Below are positions 22,523 through 36,400 of a DNA stretch of 64,000 nt, one piece after another. This DNA is from Azolla caroliniana. Lineage: Eukaryota > Plantae > Polypodiophyta. The stretch spans positions 6,324,001-6,388,000 of the forward strand of contig JBHGNT010000020.1 of assembly GCA_043228905.1 (NCBI GenBank), read 5' to 3'. The first letter of the stretch is position 1; every line of letters begins with the position of its first letter. The position numbers and the translations under genes are program-made. Below the pieces are notes generated by a model, which saw only the letters and a program-made list of their open reading frames with translations, had not been told where the DNA came from and searched no databases.

Positions 22523-25500
22523 CTCGTCACGCAAAGCGAGGTCTTGCATAGGAGACCGAGCGGGAACAACCCTCAACGGTCGACCTCCCTCGCGAAGAAG
22601 AAGAAGAAGAAGAAGAAGAAGATGATGAAACCTAACTCTAAACCTAACGGTATACCCTCTAACACAAAATGGGCAACCCCTTCACAAAGGGCGCTCCCTT
22701 CCTTTTATAGAACAAGGAGAGGGATGCGTTACAATGTGGGATAAATCCCGACTTACATGGGATCGTCTGTCCCGACTTGACTACTCTTCGGTGCCATAAA
22801 GGCGCCCTCGTTATTCACACTAAATGTACAAGGGTGAGCACACATGCTGCACCCCACCGATGTAGCCAATGTTTCCCGGTTTCCGCATCTGGACGAAATC
22901 CTTCATGACATTCGCCCCCACCTAACCACACGTCCACCGGTACGTGCCAAATCCAGTGAAGGGTGAGAGATTTCGGCCGGTGAGAAACCAATCTTCCGTA
23001 ATCCGCATCCCGGCTCGTTGCCGGTTTGATCCGTCGGCTTCGGTTCTTCCTTCGCGCTTAGCTCCCCGTAGGCTCGTTCGACCCGTCGATGGGTCCTTCA
23101 CCGCGATCTCCGTAGTACGCGTACTTCCGCTGGCCCTTGTCCGGCCGTATGCATGCCCCGCTCTCCGCCGTATGCCCGATGTCCTCCGCTTGAGGAATGC
23201 CCGTAGTGGCCCGCTTGGCCTCCGTTGACCATTCGTGTTGTCCTGATTGCTGTCCCATGTGGTTTCGCGTTGCGTTCGTCCTCTCGCCGCCACCTTCCTT
23301 CTCCATGGTCTTTACATTGCCGCGTCGGCTCGAACCGCCATGGTCTCCAGAACGGTGTGCAGGATCCTTTTCGGCCTTCTACGCGCTACCTCCGAACCGC
23401 GCAACCTATCTCCATGCTCGCCTCTCCACTCCGGCACCTCCGTGTGCCACATACCCTCGTCCATTGTTTGGCACTGCCTGTGCCGTACTCCGGTTCATTG
23501 CACGCCTTGTCGGCCCCTTTCCCGGCCAAATCGTGCATCGCCGCTCACCCGCATACTGGTGTCCTTCCCATCCGAGGAACACCCCGTAGTAGCCCGCTTG
23601 GCCCTTCCCGTCTTCGTGCTGCTGCAATAGGTCCTGAGTCTTCCGCTTGCCGTCGTCCCCTCGCCCCCACCAGCTTGTCACGCCGGCTTGCCGTGTTAGT
23701 CTTCGCTACTTCGACGGAGCTACCGAGATCTACGAAGCGAGTGTGGAGGATCCTCCTCCGGCCTCTTTTGCCATCCCCTGACTCCGACCCTGTGCAGTCC
23801 ACTAGGCACTTGTCACCTCGTTCCCGGCACCTCCCTTGTGCCGTCTTCTGCTTCCTTTGTTCGGCACCGACCGTGCCGAACACTGTCCCTTAGTCACGCT
23901 TTGATCTGGCCCGCGATGGCCACTGGCGAGACTCTTATTCTGTCCCAGGTGTGCCTTTCCGGCCCGACACACCTCCTTGTGTTTGCCCCTACCAGCTACT
24001 TCCGAAACCGTAACCGGCCGGTGAGGGTTTCGCACTTCGTCCGCCCCGTCTTACCAACTCCCGATCCGCTACCTCGTGTCATTGGGTCCCGTTCCCTACC
24101 GCCACCGTCCTTCTCCCTAGGTCTCACGTTGCCACGTTGGCCGAACTGCCGGAGTCTCCGGATCGGTGTGAGGGTCCCATAGGACCTGTCTTTGTTTCGT
24201 CGCTTGCCGAGATCTGGGTGTCTTTTGTTTGAGTTCCTCATGACTCTCCTCGTGTCTTCCGCGTAGTCGGGTCCCGTTTCTCGCCGCCACCAACCTTCTC
24301 TCTCGGTCTCATGTTGCCACGTTGGCCGAACTGCTGGAGTCTCCGGATCGGTGTGAGGGTCCCATAGGACCAGACTTCCTTACGCCCTCTGACCTTGCCG
24401 GAAGGTCCGATTCGGTTCGTAGCCGCCTCGCCGGCTTGATACCTTCTTTCTCTGCTTCCGTCATCTGGTCACGTTCTCCTGCCGCCACCAATCTCCCCTA
24501 TAGGACTCATGCCGACACTCGGGCTGAGCGCCGGATCGGTGTGAGTGTCTTCGTGGGACCTCCCCTTCTGGCATTGGTTGCCCGCCTTGTCGCTGCCACC
24601 GTCCCTTACTCTAGGTCTCACGCCTCCTCTTGTCTTTGGCTACCGGAGTCTCTAGAATCGGTGTGTGTAAGGTCACAGCTGCTCTGCTCTGCCTTCGCCA
24701 TTCGCGTCTGTTGGTCACGTTCACCCGCCGCCACCGTCCTTTCCTATAGGACTCACGCCGGCTCTTGGGCCGACCGCCGGATCGGTGTGAGGATCTCCGT
24801 GGACCGCCCATCCGTAGCCCTTTGCCTTCATCCCCTCGCCGCCACCATTCGTCACTTTAGGCCTCGCGCCGGCTCTCGGGCCGACTGACAGTTTCTGTAG
24901 AACCGGTGTGAAGGATCCTCCTCGGGCTTGCCATATCTCTGACCCTCATCCCGGGTCTTCCTTCTTTCGTAAGTCGAGAGGGTGGCTTGCTCCACACCCT
25001 CTCCTGTGGTACCGACGTACCGTGTTCCCGGCCTCTTCGTAGGCCTGCTCTCTTCCTCCCTCCCGGAATGGTTTTCCGGAAGTCCGCTCCGCCCGGTTCT
25101 CGTCCGGGTCCGTTCGTCAGTCTTTGGATTGCCGGGTCCCGATCTCCTGTCGCCACCGATCTCTCCTATAGGACTCACACCGGCACTCGGGCCGACAGCC
25201 GGATCGGTGTAAGTATCTCCGTAGGACCGGCCTTCATTCTCCTCTTCATCCCCTGTACTTCTCCCGAACTCGTCGTTGCTCTCCTTCTCGCGTACCCGCC
25301 TCCATCTCCCATCTCTCTAGGTCTCACGTCGGCGCTCGTTACCGGCTACCTGATTCTCCGGATAAGGCGTGGTGCTTCCATCTCGTAACGATTTGCGGAC
25401 GCTCGTTTGGGGTATTGCTCCTAAGTACGTTCGGTGAGAAGCATTTGGTCTGTGATCAACCAAGCCCCGCTTGGGTTTGGTTCTTCAATATCCGTAGTTT

Positions 25501-27640
25501 CGGTTCTGATGCCGACCTCTCCGGACTCGTTCTGAACCCTTGACCACTTCCCTTCCAACTCCTGACCTTCGCCCGGTCGGTCTTTCTCCCCATGTAAAAG
25601 AGGGCGGCTTGTCCCGCACCCTCTTCTGTATCGGCACCTTCATGCCAAATCTGGCCTCGGTCGAACAATCCATGACCGGATTACGCTCCATCCGAATCGG
25701 AATGCCGATCTTCTCATACCGCTTCCGTCCTCGGCCTCCTCGCAAGCCGTTTCCCATCCATCTTCACTGGCATCGTGCCAGGACTCCTCGTCGGCGCCTT
25801 CCTTCTCTCCGGTCTCGTGTCGGCACACGGGCATGACCACCGGAGTCTCCAGAATCCGCGTGGAGGGCTCTTCTCCGCTCTCGACCTTGTCCTCGGTCGG
25901 CAATTCTCCGCAAGTCGAGAGGGCGTTTTGTTCCGCACCCTCTCCCGTGGTACCGTGGTACCGATCTTCTGCCATCTCGTGGGGCAAGACTGTCTCCTCG
26001 GTCTCAGCTTGGGGCCTCGATCTTTCCTCTTCCTCGAGCATCGCCTCGAGAGCTGCGTACGCCTCTGCAATCCGGGCCTCAACACTGACCCTTGCCAACT
26101 CCCTTTGCCGTTCGGCCTCTTCCCGCTGTGATGGCACGCCGTCGCGCGCCTTCCTCTTAGCCTTCTCGGCTCGCTCATCGTCTAGCTGTTGGCACACCCT
26201 TCCGACCTTCGACCAGTCCTCCGTAAGCCCATTCGCTCCGTCATCGTCTTCGAGCTCCATCCCGATGCCCTCTCGTTCCGCTCAGTCGATCGACCTGACG
26301 AACAATAGGACCTTGTCCGTCCCCACCAAACCTTGTTCCCACTCCGGGAGCCGAGCAAGCCGTCACTCGAACTCTCGGAACGCCTTGGTCGCGCTCCGGT
26401 GGGTCTTTGTCGATGCTACCCACTGGTCGAAGTCGTGTCGTCCTCGGGTCTTCCGCCGTCCTCCGTATGCCTTCAGGAGCGCCTCTTCGAAGGCCTCCCA
26501 TGAACTATGAGCCTCACGGAGCTTCTTTACTTCCGCATGCATCCGGACAGCTACGACCCGACAGAAGAACTCCAGCCTCAACGCCTCGTCTACGCCATGC
26601 TCCTCCATATCCGCGTTGTAGGCTCCCAAGTAAGATGGGACTTTGTCCCCGTTGAAACGGCCGACTCTTTTGACCACTCGCTCAACCGCTTGTTGCACTG
26701 CTTCTCGCCTCATCACCACTCGTGCCGACTCCAACACCACTTCGGCCACCATCACTGTGAGGTCGTCGTCTTCCGACTCCATCCTCCCTTGCCGCCTTTC
26801 ACGTCGGGTTCACCAAAGATGTCGCGTTGTTACGCGCGTGCGTGGAGAAAGGCGGGACCACGGGGGTCTTGGACTAAGGAGTGACGGAGCGTAGGAAGTC
26901 GTGCTTCACCATTTCCGGGGCATCCCAGAAGCACACTGGAAGCAACCGAAGGGAGAGAGAGAAAGAGAGGGAGCGTGCGTTTGACGCCGACTCACGCGCA
27001 CACACACACACACACACATATAGGTCGACCCGACTCACGCCCTTATGTACAGGAAACGCAGGAAAAGGGGAAGCACCTGACACCAATAGAGACACCAATA
27101 TACACTGACAGACGCAAATGTATATATATAAAAGGAGGAATACATTCACGACTTCGAGCCGGACCAAGCTAGGGTAGGTTACAACAGCAGTCTGCAGCCA
27201 AGCCGCCGTCCGGGGAGCTCTCGGGCTCGTCACGTAGAGCGGGGTCTTGCATAGGAGACCGAGCGGGAACAACCCTCAACGGTCGACTTCCCCCGCGAAG
27301 AAGAAGAAGAAGAAGAAGAAGAAGAAGAAGAAGAAGAAGAAGAAGAAGAAGAAGATGAAACCTAACTCTAAACCTAACGGTATACCCTCTAACACAAAAT
27401 GGGCAACCGCTTCACAAAGGGCGCTCCCTTCCTTTTATAGAACAAGGAGAGGGATGCGTTACAATGTGGGATAAATCCCGACTTACATGGGATCGTTTGT
27501 CCCGACTTGACTACTCTTCGGCGCCATAAAGGCGCCCTCGTTATTCACACTAAATGTACAAGGGTGAGCACACATGCTGCACCCCGCTGATGTAGCCAAT
27601 GTCTCCCGGTTTCCGCCTCTAGACGAAATCCTTCACGACA
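22523..27640 (-). mobile_element. Element B: non-autonomous gag-only LTR element, tRNA-Trp PBS
   Basis: 5' LTR 26820-27640. PBS tggtgaacccgacgtga 26799-26815. 3' LTR 22523-22910 plus 10469-10878. TSD acga. No pol motifs. Confidence 0.9.
22922..26782 (-). pseudogene. gag: Gag-derived ORF of B with expanded repeat tail, disrupted
   Basis: MESEDD...RVGRFNGDKVPSYL...GLTEDWSKV homologous to the E ORF and D gag. Degenerate repeats at ~23990-25900. Confidence 0.8.
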
Positions 27641-29469
27641 TCGTCTTGTACGAAGAAATTTTGGTCGATCTCGACATCCTCGGTCTTCACCGTCACATCC
27701 GGACAAGCTGAAAATAGATCTTCCGTTGCTTTAGTGGCTGCCCGAATCTTCCATCCATGGTTAGTGTTTATAGGCCACTTCCCCTTCTGGTAGAACTCCT
27801 TGCACATCAAATTGATCTCCGATCCGTGATCAATCAATGCTAGCACGGGCTCTTTGATGTTGCCGATTCGGACCAGAGTCTTCGTAGTTGCACGTGCCCA
27901 GTGTGGCCTTGTGTAGTGGGAGTTCGGTATTTCGTTCTCCACTTTGGTGTCATTCCTTAAGACGGTATTTGCATTCACCCTTGGAGCATTTTCCTCCGTA
28001 CTTTGTCTTTTTCTCTTCATGAGATCCACAAGAAGATCGTGGAACTCCTTCTTCGCCATTCTGAGCAATTCCCGAAGCGAAAATTCTACCCTGCTATCGA
28101 GAATTCTCTCCTCAAACACCTTTTTCAAGTCCGTTTGTTGTTCGATGTCCGAGGCGAGATTGAATGCCGGAATCGTCTTTTCTTTTCCCTTCCCTCCGGA
28201 GTTCCAACTTTCCGGTATCTTCGATGGTCCAACCGCATCATCCGTGCGCCGTCGTTTCTCATCTACATACACTTCATGCAATTGACATAGCGCATGTATG
28301 CTATTCTTATCTACGGGGCACTCCCATCCTGTAGCTTCCCGAATACATTCCCCGACGCTTCGGATTTCATCATGGTCGGCTTTCTTCGAAGTTTCTAGCA
28401 CTTCCGGCCAAAAAGACGCCTTTGTTGCAGATGACTCCCCCACACGTATTCCTGCGGTTGTTGCATAATTGTTTTTTGCAGCGATCTCCTCCTCTAGGAC
28501 CTTCTTCATGCCGCCTTTTTGGAAGTTCGGTTGGAGTGGCTTTCGAGAATCCATCGAATGAATCTGATTTCCCTCGTAGTAGATAAGATCCCGTCGTAAC
28601 GCCTCCTTATGCTCCTCGCAATCTCTCTGATCATGTTCGGTGCTATTGCACCATATGCATCGACGGTCCATGTACTTGGAACTTGTGGGACGATCTTCAC
28701 CATCGCGATTTTCAGATTCTCCATCTCCTTCAGCAATTGCTTCACCGTGGTTGCGTTGATTCCCTTCTCGGTCGTAGTCTCCCGAGCCCGCGGTTGATGG
28801 TCTTCCAATCCGGATCTCGGTTTCAGAATCGGTTCCAAAACCCTCTTTTCTTTGTTAGCAAGCCATTGCCCCCTCTTTGTATATCGTGCGGCGATATCGC
28901 GCATGTTATCCCATGTATCAGTCAGTGAGGCCACTCTCAGTGGTCGTGTCCTCCAGAAGCAATCCAAGATCTTTCCAGTCCCGGACGTCCACAACTCGTA
29001 GGAACATGATCACTTTGTCCGGTGCAAGGATAACTTGATTTGTCCCAGACAACCTCCCGAACCAACTTTCAAATGCCGAAAACACATCGAGGACCTTCAT
29101 CCCCTTATTCGGCGTTTCCACCCAATCTTCGAATCCTCTCCTCGTAGCCTTGGAGTAGTCGTCGATGACGAACGCGGTCTTTAGTGCCTCTTCAAATGCC
29201 TCCCACGTCGGATTTTGCTGCCGTATCCCGTGAATACTCCCTTGAAGCCCGTCGGTCGCCACCCAGTTGAAGGATGTCACTTGCAGTCCTTCCAAGATCC
29301 CGCACCGTAGCATTTCTGCCTTCTAGTTCTGCAAATATCACGACACATCTTTCTCGTTGAATTTTCCATTCTGTTGCACGAGCTGCTCAACTACCGCTGC
29401 AATCTCCGACATCGAGCGTTGTTCTTGTAGAATCTGCTCGAACATCACCATCATATTGTTAGTCTCCAT
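27641..29469 (-). pseudogene. gag: Gag-protease of element D, decayed
   Basis: WEAFEEALK, CIWCNSTEHDQRDC, LIDHGSEIN. NFFVQD joins EVSHSVILGQP at 10879. Confidence 0.9.
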
Positions 29470-29507
29470 CTCCTTGCCACCCGTTTTCACATCGGGTTCA
29501 CCAAATG

Positions 29508-30228
29508 TGTCGTGCCTTTCGGCGTCGGATCGTTTGTGTGAGTCGGGGTTTTGGACTAGGAGAAAGAAGAATATGAGATAATGTTAGTTAGGAAGAGATT
29601 GTAAGAAGACGATATGAAACTCATGAATCGCACGAGTATAATGTATTAATGGGTAATTAGATTGTAAGAGAGAATTAGATGGTAAAATCGTGAATCCCAC
29701 GAATATTTTGTATTAATCAAACCTTCTAGAAAAATCCAACAACCATTATACATCTTTCTCTCTTCCTTATATAGTGTTGGAAGAGTCTAAGTTTATCACA
29801 TGCAAGCATCATGCTTTTCCTAACTTTAGTTTTCATGCACACTACATGTGCATAATTTTCTTTCTATCCCATCTTTTCTTTTAACTCGAGTGTGTATGCA
29901 TGAATAACTTTTTGTACCATGCATATCTAGAATATTTACATGGGATAAAGTTTAGTATAACTTTAAAATTCATAATATGCTAGTATAGTGGTAAGGCTTA
30001 AAAATCGTTAACATGGAGGTACAGGGTTTGAATCTTGCCCTATGCATGTAACAATCTTTTCTTTTATTTACAAATTTGTCTTTTCATCCGGTGAGAGATT
30101 CTCACCGGTCTTCTTTATCCGGCTCTTGTTGGTTCTGCTTGATCCGGTTCTTACCGGTTCTCCTTACCGATTCCATCCGGAGGGACAAAAATGTAATTTT
30201 CACGTAGTGTGCGAATTACACTACGACA
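29508..30228 (-). repeat. 5' LTR of element D, followed by tRNA-Trp PBS (29487-29503)
   Basis: Inverted copy of 15022-15746. PBS tggtgaacccgatgtga. Confidence 0.93.
29981..30040 (+). promoter_or_regulatory. tRNA-like A-box/B-box module in LTR D (other copy 15200-15259, minus)
   Basis: tagtatagtggtaagg...ggaggtacagggtttgaatc. Spacing 45 nt. Confidence 0.7.
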
Positions 30229-30426
30229 ACATTCGAGGTCGGCGACTCTTGCTTCCGAAGCTTGCCACAACTCGGTCGCTTGGTTTGCCTCTTTGCGTGA
30301 CTACTTGCTGCTAGAGGCCATATCTTTGGTCGCCAATTGTTGGTATACTTCGACCGGGGCCCTATTAAGTTCCGACCACTCGATTAGCAAGGGGCTACTA
30401 TGTATAAAGGGTTAGCTATGAGCCGA

Positions 30427-31895
30427 TGTCGTGTCATACGACGCCAGATTGTTGCGTGAGTTGGGTGGAACCACCGAGGTTTTGGACTAGGTGGACGAGG
30501 AATTTAAGATGGATAAAATATGAATATATTTGAATGAGATGGATAAATTATAAAATTATGATAAAATCAGTTTCTTCTATTTCCTCATACCTATTCATTT
30601 GGGTACTCTGTAGGTTTTTCATGATGTGTACATAGTACGCTACGACACTCGCCCCCTCCAAACTAGCACATACTTCGGTATGTGCCAAAGTTGCTGGTGC
30701 TCGTTATTCTCCTTCATCCGTAGTACCTGCCATTTCTCCCGCTATGTCGATTGTTAATTCCAATATGCTTTCTTGGCTTCCGCATTTACGTGATCCATGT
30801 CCACTTGTTCCTTTGTGTTGGTGTTGTCTAAAGTTATGTAGGGCTTTGCATCACCTCGCGTCTTGAAAATATTTACCCATTTCCCCGCTATAGGCACCTG
30901 CAATACTGTTCCATCCAGCTCGCATAGTTGCCAAGGTATGTTATCGAATATTTTTCGAACCTCGTATGGTCCAAACCACCTTTGAGTGAATTTCCGTATT
31001 GAGTTGTGTTGATGATCCAGATGGTTGTAGAAGACTATCACCTAATCCCCTTCCTTGATCTTCCGTGATCGTAGTTGGTGATTTTTGTCGAATCGATGTT
31101 TGCTTTGGAATCATGCTTCTCATTGTCATCGTACCACATCCGCAAGGTCCTCTAGTCTTCCTTCTAACTGTCGTATATGAACCACTAGTAGTTATTCCCG
31201 ACTCATCCATTCCTTCCACGATAGCACCGTCCATGTCGCAATTGCAATTTCTGTAGGCATTATCGGAGCTTGCCCAATCATAAGTTCTGTTGGCATAGAA
31301 CTGGTCACGGAACTATGTGTTGTGAAATCCGTCCATAGTGCCTATGGAAGCATTTGCAGCCAAAGCTTTACTCTTCCATCACAAACTTTTACCAGTGCTT
31401 TCATGATTGGACTATGTCGTCACTCGATCTTCCCGTTGGCGTTTGGATTGTATGTCGTGGTTAATGTCAACTGTACTTTGTGTTTGACGAAGAATTCCTT
31501 AGCTTTATCGGAGTCAAGTTCTCCCCGATCCGCTATCACTTGTCCTATGCACCTGTACTTGCAGAACACTTCTTCCACGAGAAATTAGCATACGACAAAA
31601 CATGTTTTTCTCTATAGTGCCTGAGCTTCTACTAGGTTCATCAGATCCTCCTGAGCTAGCACTAAGTACTTCTTTGGTCCAATCTTGGTGGCCATTGCCA
31701 CGATGTCAACCATCCGTTTGAAGTTGATTGTCGGTGAGAATATCAAATGTAGCTCGTCCCAGTGTCAAACTCCAGAGTAGCTTTGACATTTCTTGCAGCT
31801 TTCCATGAACTCCGCGACATCCTTGTATGTACCCTTCCACTAGTACTTTTGCTTAATCTTTGTGAATGTCACCGATGTACCCCGATGTCCAGCCC
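30427..31895 (-). mobile_element. Element G: integrase remnant, hairpin/PPT and short 3' LTR (30427-30647) of a D-like gypsy
   Basis: WFGPYEVRKIF...LCELDGTVL homologous to D integrase. ggagggggcgag then tgtcgtag. Confidence 0.85.
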
Positions 31896-31899
31896 ATGT

Positions 31900-33451
31900 A
31901 CCTCGATGTACTTTTTCTTGATCTTTTTCTCCCCCTCAAGTTCGGCACGTCAAGGTGCCGCAAACTAAGCGCACCTGAGAATTGCCGTAACTTGTCAAGA
32001 CCAAGGGGCTTGGTGAAGATGTTGGCAATTTGCCGATCTGTCGTAACATACGCCAATTCAACTTCACCGAAGAGGACACGCCCGCAGACAAAATGGTAGT
32101 GCACCTCAATTTGCTTGGTCCGGGCGTGGAAGACGGGGTTTTTTGCAAGTTGGATGTTGCTGAGGTTGTCGCAGTAGATCGTCGTCGGAGCGAACACCTC
32201 CACCTGCAGATCCTTGAGTAGCCTCTTGAGCCAAATGGCTTCGTATGTTGCGATAGCCGCTCCTTGATACTCAGCCTCTGTGCTCGAAAGTGCAACTGCC
32301 AGTTGCTTCTTGCTGCTCTAGGCGATCGCGGTGCTCCCAAGCGAGAAAGCGAACCCAGATGTGGATCTACGATCGCCGGTGTTTTCGGCCCAATCGGAAT
32401 CCGAGTAGCCCACGAGCTGTGCGGCAATACCGGTTCGATATAGTAGTTCCCTATCCTTAGTGCCGCGGACATAGCGCAATATCTTGTGTGCACAGTAAAG
32501 GTGTTCGGCCATGGGCTACAACATAAATTGACTGATCAGGCCGACCGAGTAACTGAGATTTGGCCAAGTGATCGTCAAATTAGGCTTCTGATAATCTGTC
32601 GGAACTGTGTCGGGTCGTACGCCTTTCTCGAATCTCGGCAAAGCTTGACGTTTCTGGCCAGAGGAGTTGAGATGGATTGATAGTCGGTCATCCTGAACTT
32701 GAAGAGCATACTCAACACGTAATGTCGTTGGCTGATCAGTATGCCTTTGGGGGTGCGGATCACTTCGATCCCTAGGAAGTAATGAAGGTCCCCTAGGTCC
32801 TTCATGTCGAATGATGCTGCGAACTGGAACTTTACGCGACCGATTTGTTCTCTAGGTCGGCGCCGACGATGACTAAATCATCAACATAGAGTAAAATACT
32901 AATTGGTCCATGTCGACTTTGCCGGATGAACAATTAATAGTCTGATTTGGACATTGCAAACCCCATCCGACGCAGGCACTGCGTGATCTTCGTGTTCCAC
33001 GCACGCAGGCTTGTTTTAGTCCGTTGAGAGACTTCTTCAGTCGGCATACCGCCAAGGTGTTCTTTCCGGACGGAAATCCGGGGGGTTGTACCATGTACAC
33101 CTATTCCTCAAGTTCTCCTTGCAAGAACACATTAGTTACATCCATCTAATGTAAATGCCACCCCTTTACCTTGGCTACGACAAGCAAGACACAGATGGTT
33201 GTCATCTTCGCGACAGGCGCAAAGGTCTCATCGTAGTTGATGCCGTGTTGCTGTGCGTAACTCTTCTCCACTAACCGGGCCTTGTAGCGGTTGACAGAGC
33301 CGTCAATGTTGTACTTGATCTTATACACCCACCTGCATCCAATCGGCCTTACACCCTTCGGAGCGTCAATCGGGTCTTAGGTTTCATTTTCCGCTAATGT
33401 GTGCATCTCTTCCTCCATTGCGGCACGCCAAGTTGCGTCCTTGGCCATTTC
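31900..33451 (-). pseudogene. pol: Ty1/copia RT-RNaseH remnant
   Basis: YKARLV, DETFAPVAK, MKDLGDLHYFLGIEV, YSDSDWA, IYCDN, FTKPL. Confidence 0.9.
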
Positions 33452-36400
33452 TGTTGGCCGGTTAGGCCAGAGTATGAATGGGGAGCCGGTTTTGGGAATT
33501 GTAATTAGATAAATTATGATAATTATAAGATCAGACAAACAGACCGGTTCATTGCTGGTTGCCGGTTGGCACCAGTTTGTAACACAGCCGGATACCTATA
33601 AAAGGATCCGGAAATGATGTAATTAACCACGGATAATTATTAGAGAAGTGTTGTGGCTTTACGTATTGTTTATCTTGTTAATGCCGTTCTGTGCTTAATG
33701 CGATTATCATACGCATGTATCAGGTTAATCATTCCGAATAGTAACCGGGAAGGATCGGTTTTGTATTATGGTCTGCACATTCCTTACCGTACCACCCCTT
33801 TGGTGAAGTGTTCCAGAGGGACACCCTGTGTTAGTGGCTTGTCCAGCCCAGGATTAACAACACAGTTTTGGCGACCACGATTCCTACAGAAAGCAGTGAA
33901 CAACGGGGGAATGGATGACTAGGCCAATGAACGACCCAGTCGTCGAATGAGCAAAAAGACTGGTCGAGAGGCTGAGGAAGCGGGAGGCTTACCAACAGGC
34001 AGCGGAGGAGATCCGGTCGGATCGGTCTTTTTCCAGAGTGATTCGGCGAGTCGCGGAAGAGTCACTCCGATTGCAATAGAACCACCACGCGGACGAAGGA
34101 AGTAGTCTGAGTAGTCTGCAGGAAGTGGAGTCCATTCTGCAGACACTTGCCACAAGAGACGGCGGTTCGGAAGCATTCTCCGCCATTGAATCGGATTCGG
34201 ATGGTGAACACAACGTCCAATCGAATTATCATAGTAGCCACGATACCCTAGACGACTCGGAAGACGACGAATCAAACCACATACCGACACCGAAGCCGGA
34301 GACAACAAAACCGGAGCCGGAAACAACAAAACTAGAAGCTTTAGACAAAACAACCAGCATGGACCACAAAGAGGAGGAGCGAGTTCCGAAAACAAAACTG
34401 TAGTCACCAACGGAATAGGAGGAGTGAGTTCCGACACCGCCCTCGACAACACAAGAAGATGACGACACAATGCCTTACCAATATCCGAAGTATCGGGATT
34501 ACCCGGACGCGGAAGCCCACATATACGTGTTTCTACAAACATGGGAGGCGAACCATGTCCCCCAATGACTGACCAAAGTAGAGGCCGAACGATCAAAAAT
34601 AGCAGAATTCGGCATGACTTTGGAGGGACCAACAACATGATGGCACTCTAAGCACCTCCCCGAAAGTATCACCACGTTTGAAGAGTTAAAGACAAGATTT
34701 CTACAATTCTTCCATAGATAGGTGGATCAAAGAGAAATTTTCGGGCAATTCTATACGACACGACAAGACCCGTCAGAAACCATTCAGCAGTTTGTTATCC
34801 GGTTCCAGACGATGCATAGTCAACTGACCAGTGCACCGCCAGAAGAAGAAGGGAAAGCGGTATTTTTGGCTACGCTTTGGGAACCTCTCCGAACCGTGTG
34901 TGCATTCATAGATTTTCGAACCAAAACAATGGACAAGGTCATTGACCGGGTCATGGAAATGGACAAAAATAGTTCGTGGTTGACGATGGGAGCACTCCAA
35001 AGAACACTCCCTACCGAAGAGGACCTACGCTTTCGCCAGGCTGTCCAATGCACGACGTGCCTTAATGTTGGGCACTCAACAATAGAGTGCACGATGAGAT
35101 CGCAGTGCATGCTACGCCATTCCCGGTCACACACAATGGACCATTGTGAATACAACCTGCTAAATCGGCAAGCTACACCAGTTCGACACATCAAAACCCG
35201 AAACGATCGAGAAGATGAAGAAGAATGATTTCGGCGAGACAATCGCTATAGACCGATTCAAGATGTCCGATACAATGATAGATGGGACGATTATAACCGA
35301 GACCGGAATGATCGAAGCCGGGATTATAACGACGATCGTTATGATCGAGATTACTCCCCCGGCTATAATCGGAGAAGAGAGGATCAACGGGGAGACTATG
35401 AAGACCGGCGCCGGCAAGGATACCAGAACAACCGAGGCTATAATAAAAAATGGAACGCTCGGAAAGAGGATCGTCGGGAACCGGTAAAGGATTACCAATG
35501 AGAGCCGGATAGAAGCATAACTTGCGCTCAAACAGAACAAAGAAGAGCAAAGGAGCCTAACCGGGCAATATCTGGATTTCAACCGGGTAACATGCAAAAA
35601 GCAGAGTCTAGCCATACACGGAAGGCGTATTGTTACTATTGCCGCTAGGAGGGACACTACATCAACCAATGTCCGGTAAAGAGTAACGAAAAATGATCGG
35701 CAGTCAACATGGTGGTCGCGGAAGTGGTAGACATCCAACAAGTCACCACTAGATCAAAGGGAAGGATGGCCGAATGGGAGGCTCAGGAAGCTATCCGCAA
35801 ACAAGCTATGGAATGCATCGAAAAGACAAACAAATGGAATGTCACTGAACTGAAGGAGCAAAGGAACACATTGGAGGAACCTACAGAGAAGATGCAACAA
35901 GAGAACCCCACGTGGCAGGCCTTATAGGAATGCCAGATCATGCTACCACTAGGTCGGTTACTGCAATTGGTGCCCCGATTCACCTATCGTTTAAGCCCCA
36001 CACCGGCTCCAACGTTCTTTTCAAATCTTGAGGAAGGGCCAACAGTGGTGGATACCAATAGTCCCACAATCACCACCATTATCAAAAGATGGGAAGTATC
36101 GGGGACGATCGTCGATGGCGGATCGGGAGTAAACGTAATAAGCCTCCGAACATGCAACACTCTTGGAATCCAAGAATGGGAACCATGCTCGTTCTAGCTC
36201 TGGATGGCGGACACCAGCTCAGTACGACTGGCCGGATTGATACGGGATTTGGAGGTGACAATCGGAGGCCATGCCTTCCGGATTTCTGCCGTCGTCCTCC
36301 AGTTGAACACGCAGGGAACATATCCACTGTTGTTGGGACGACCATGGTTACAGACTGCCCACATCAAACAGAACTGGCAAAAGAACAACATTACGTTCCG

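Noticed and set aside
22544-27474. Poly-lysine ORFs at 22544 and 27247
   Set aside because: Translations of a (GAA)n microsatellite in LTR B that differs in length between the two LTRs.
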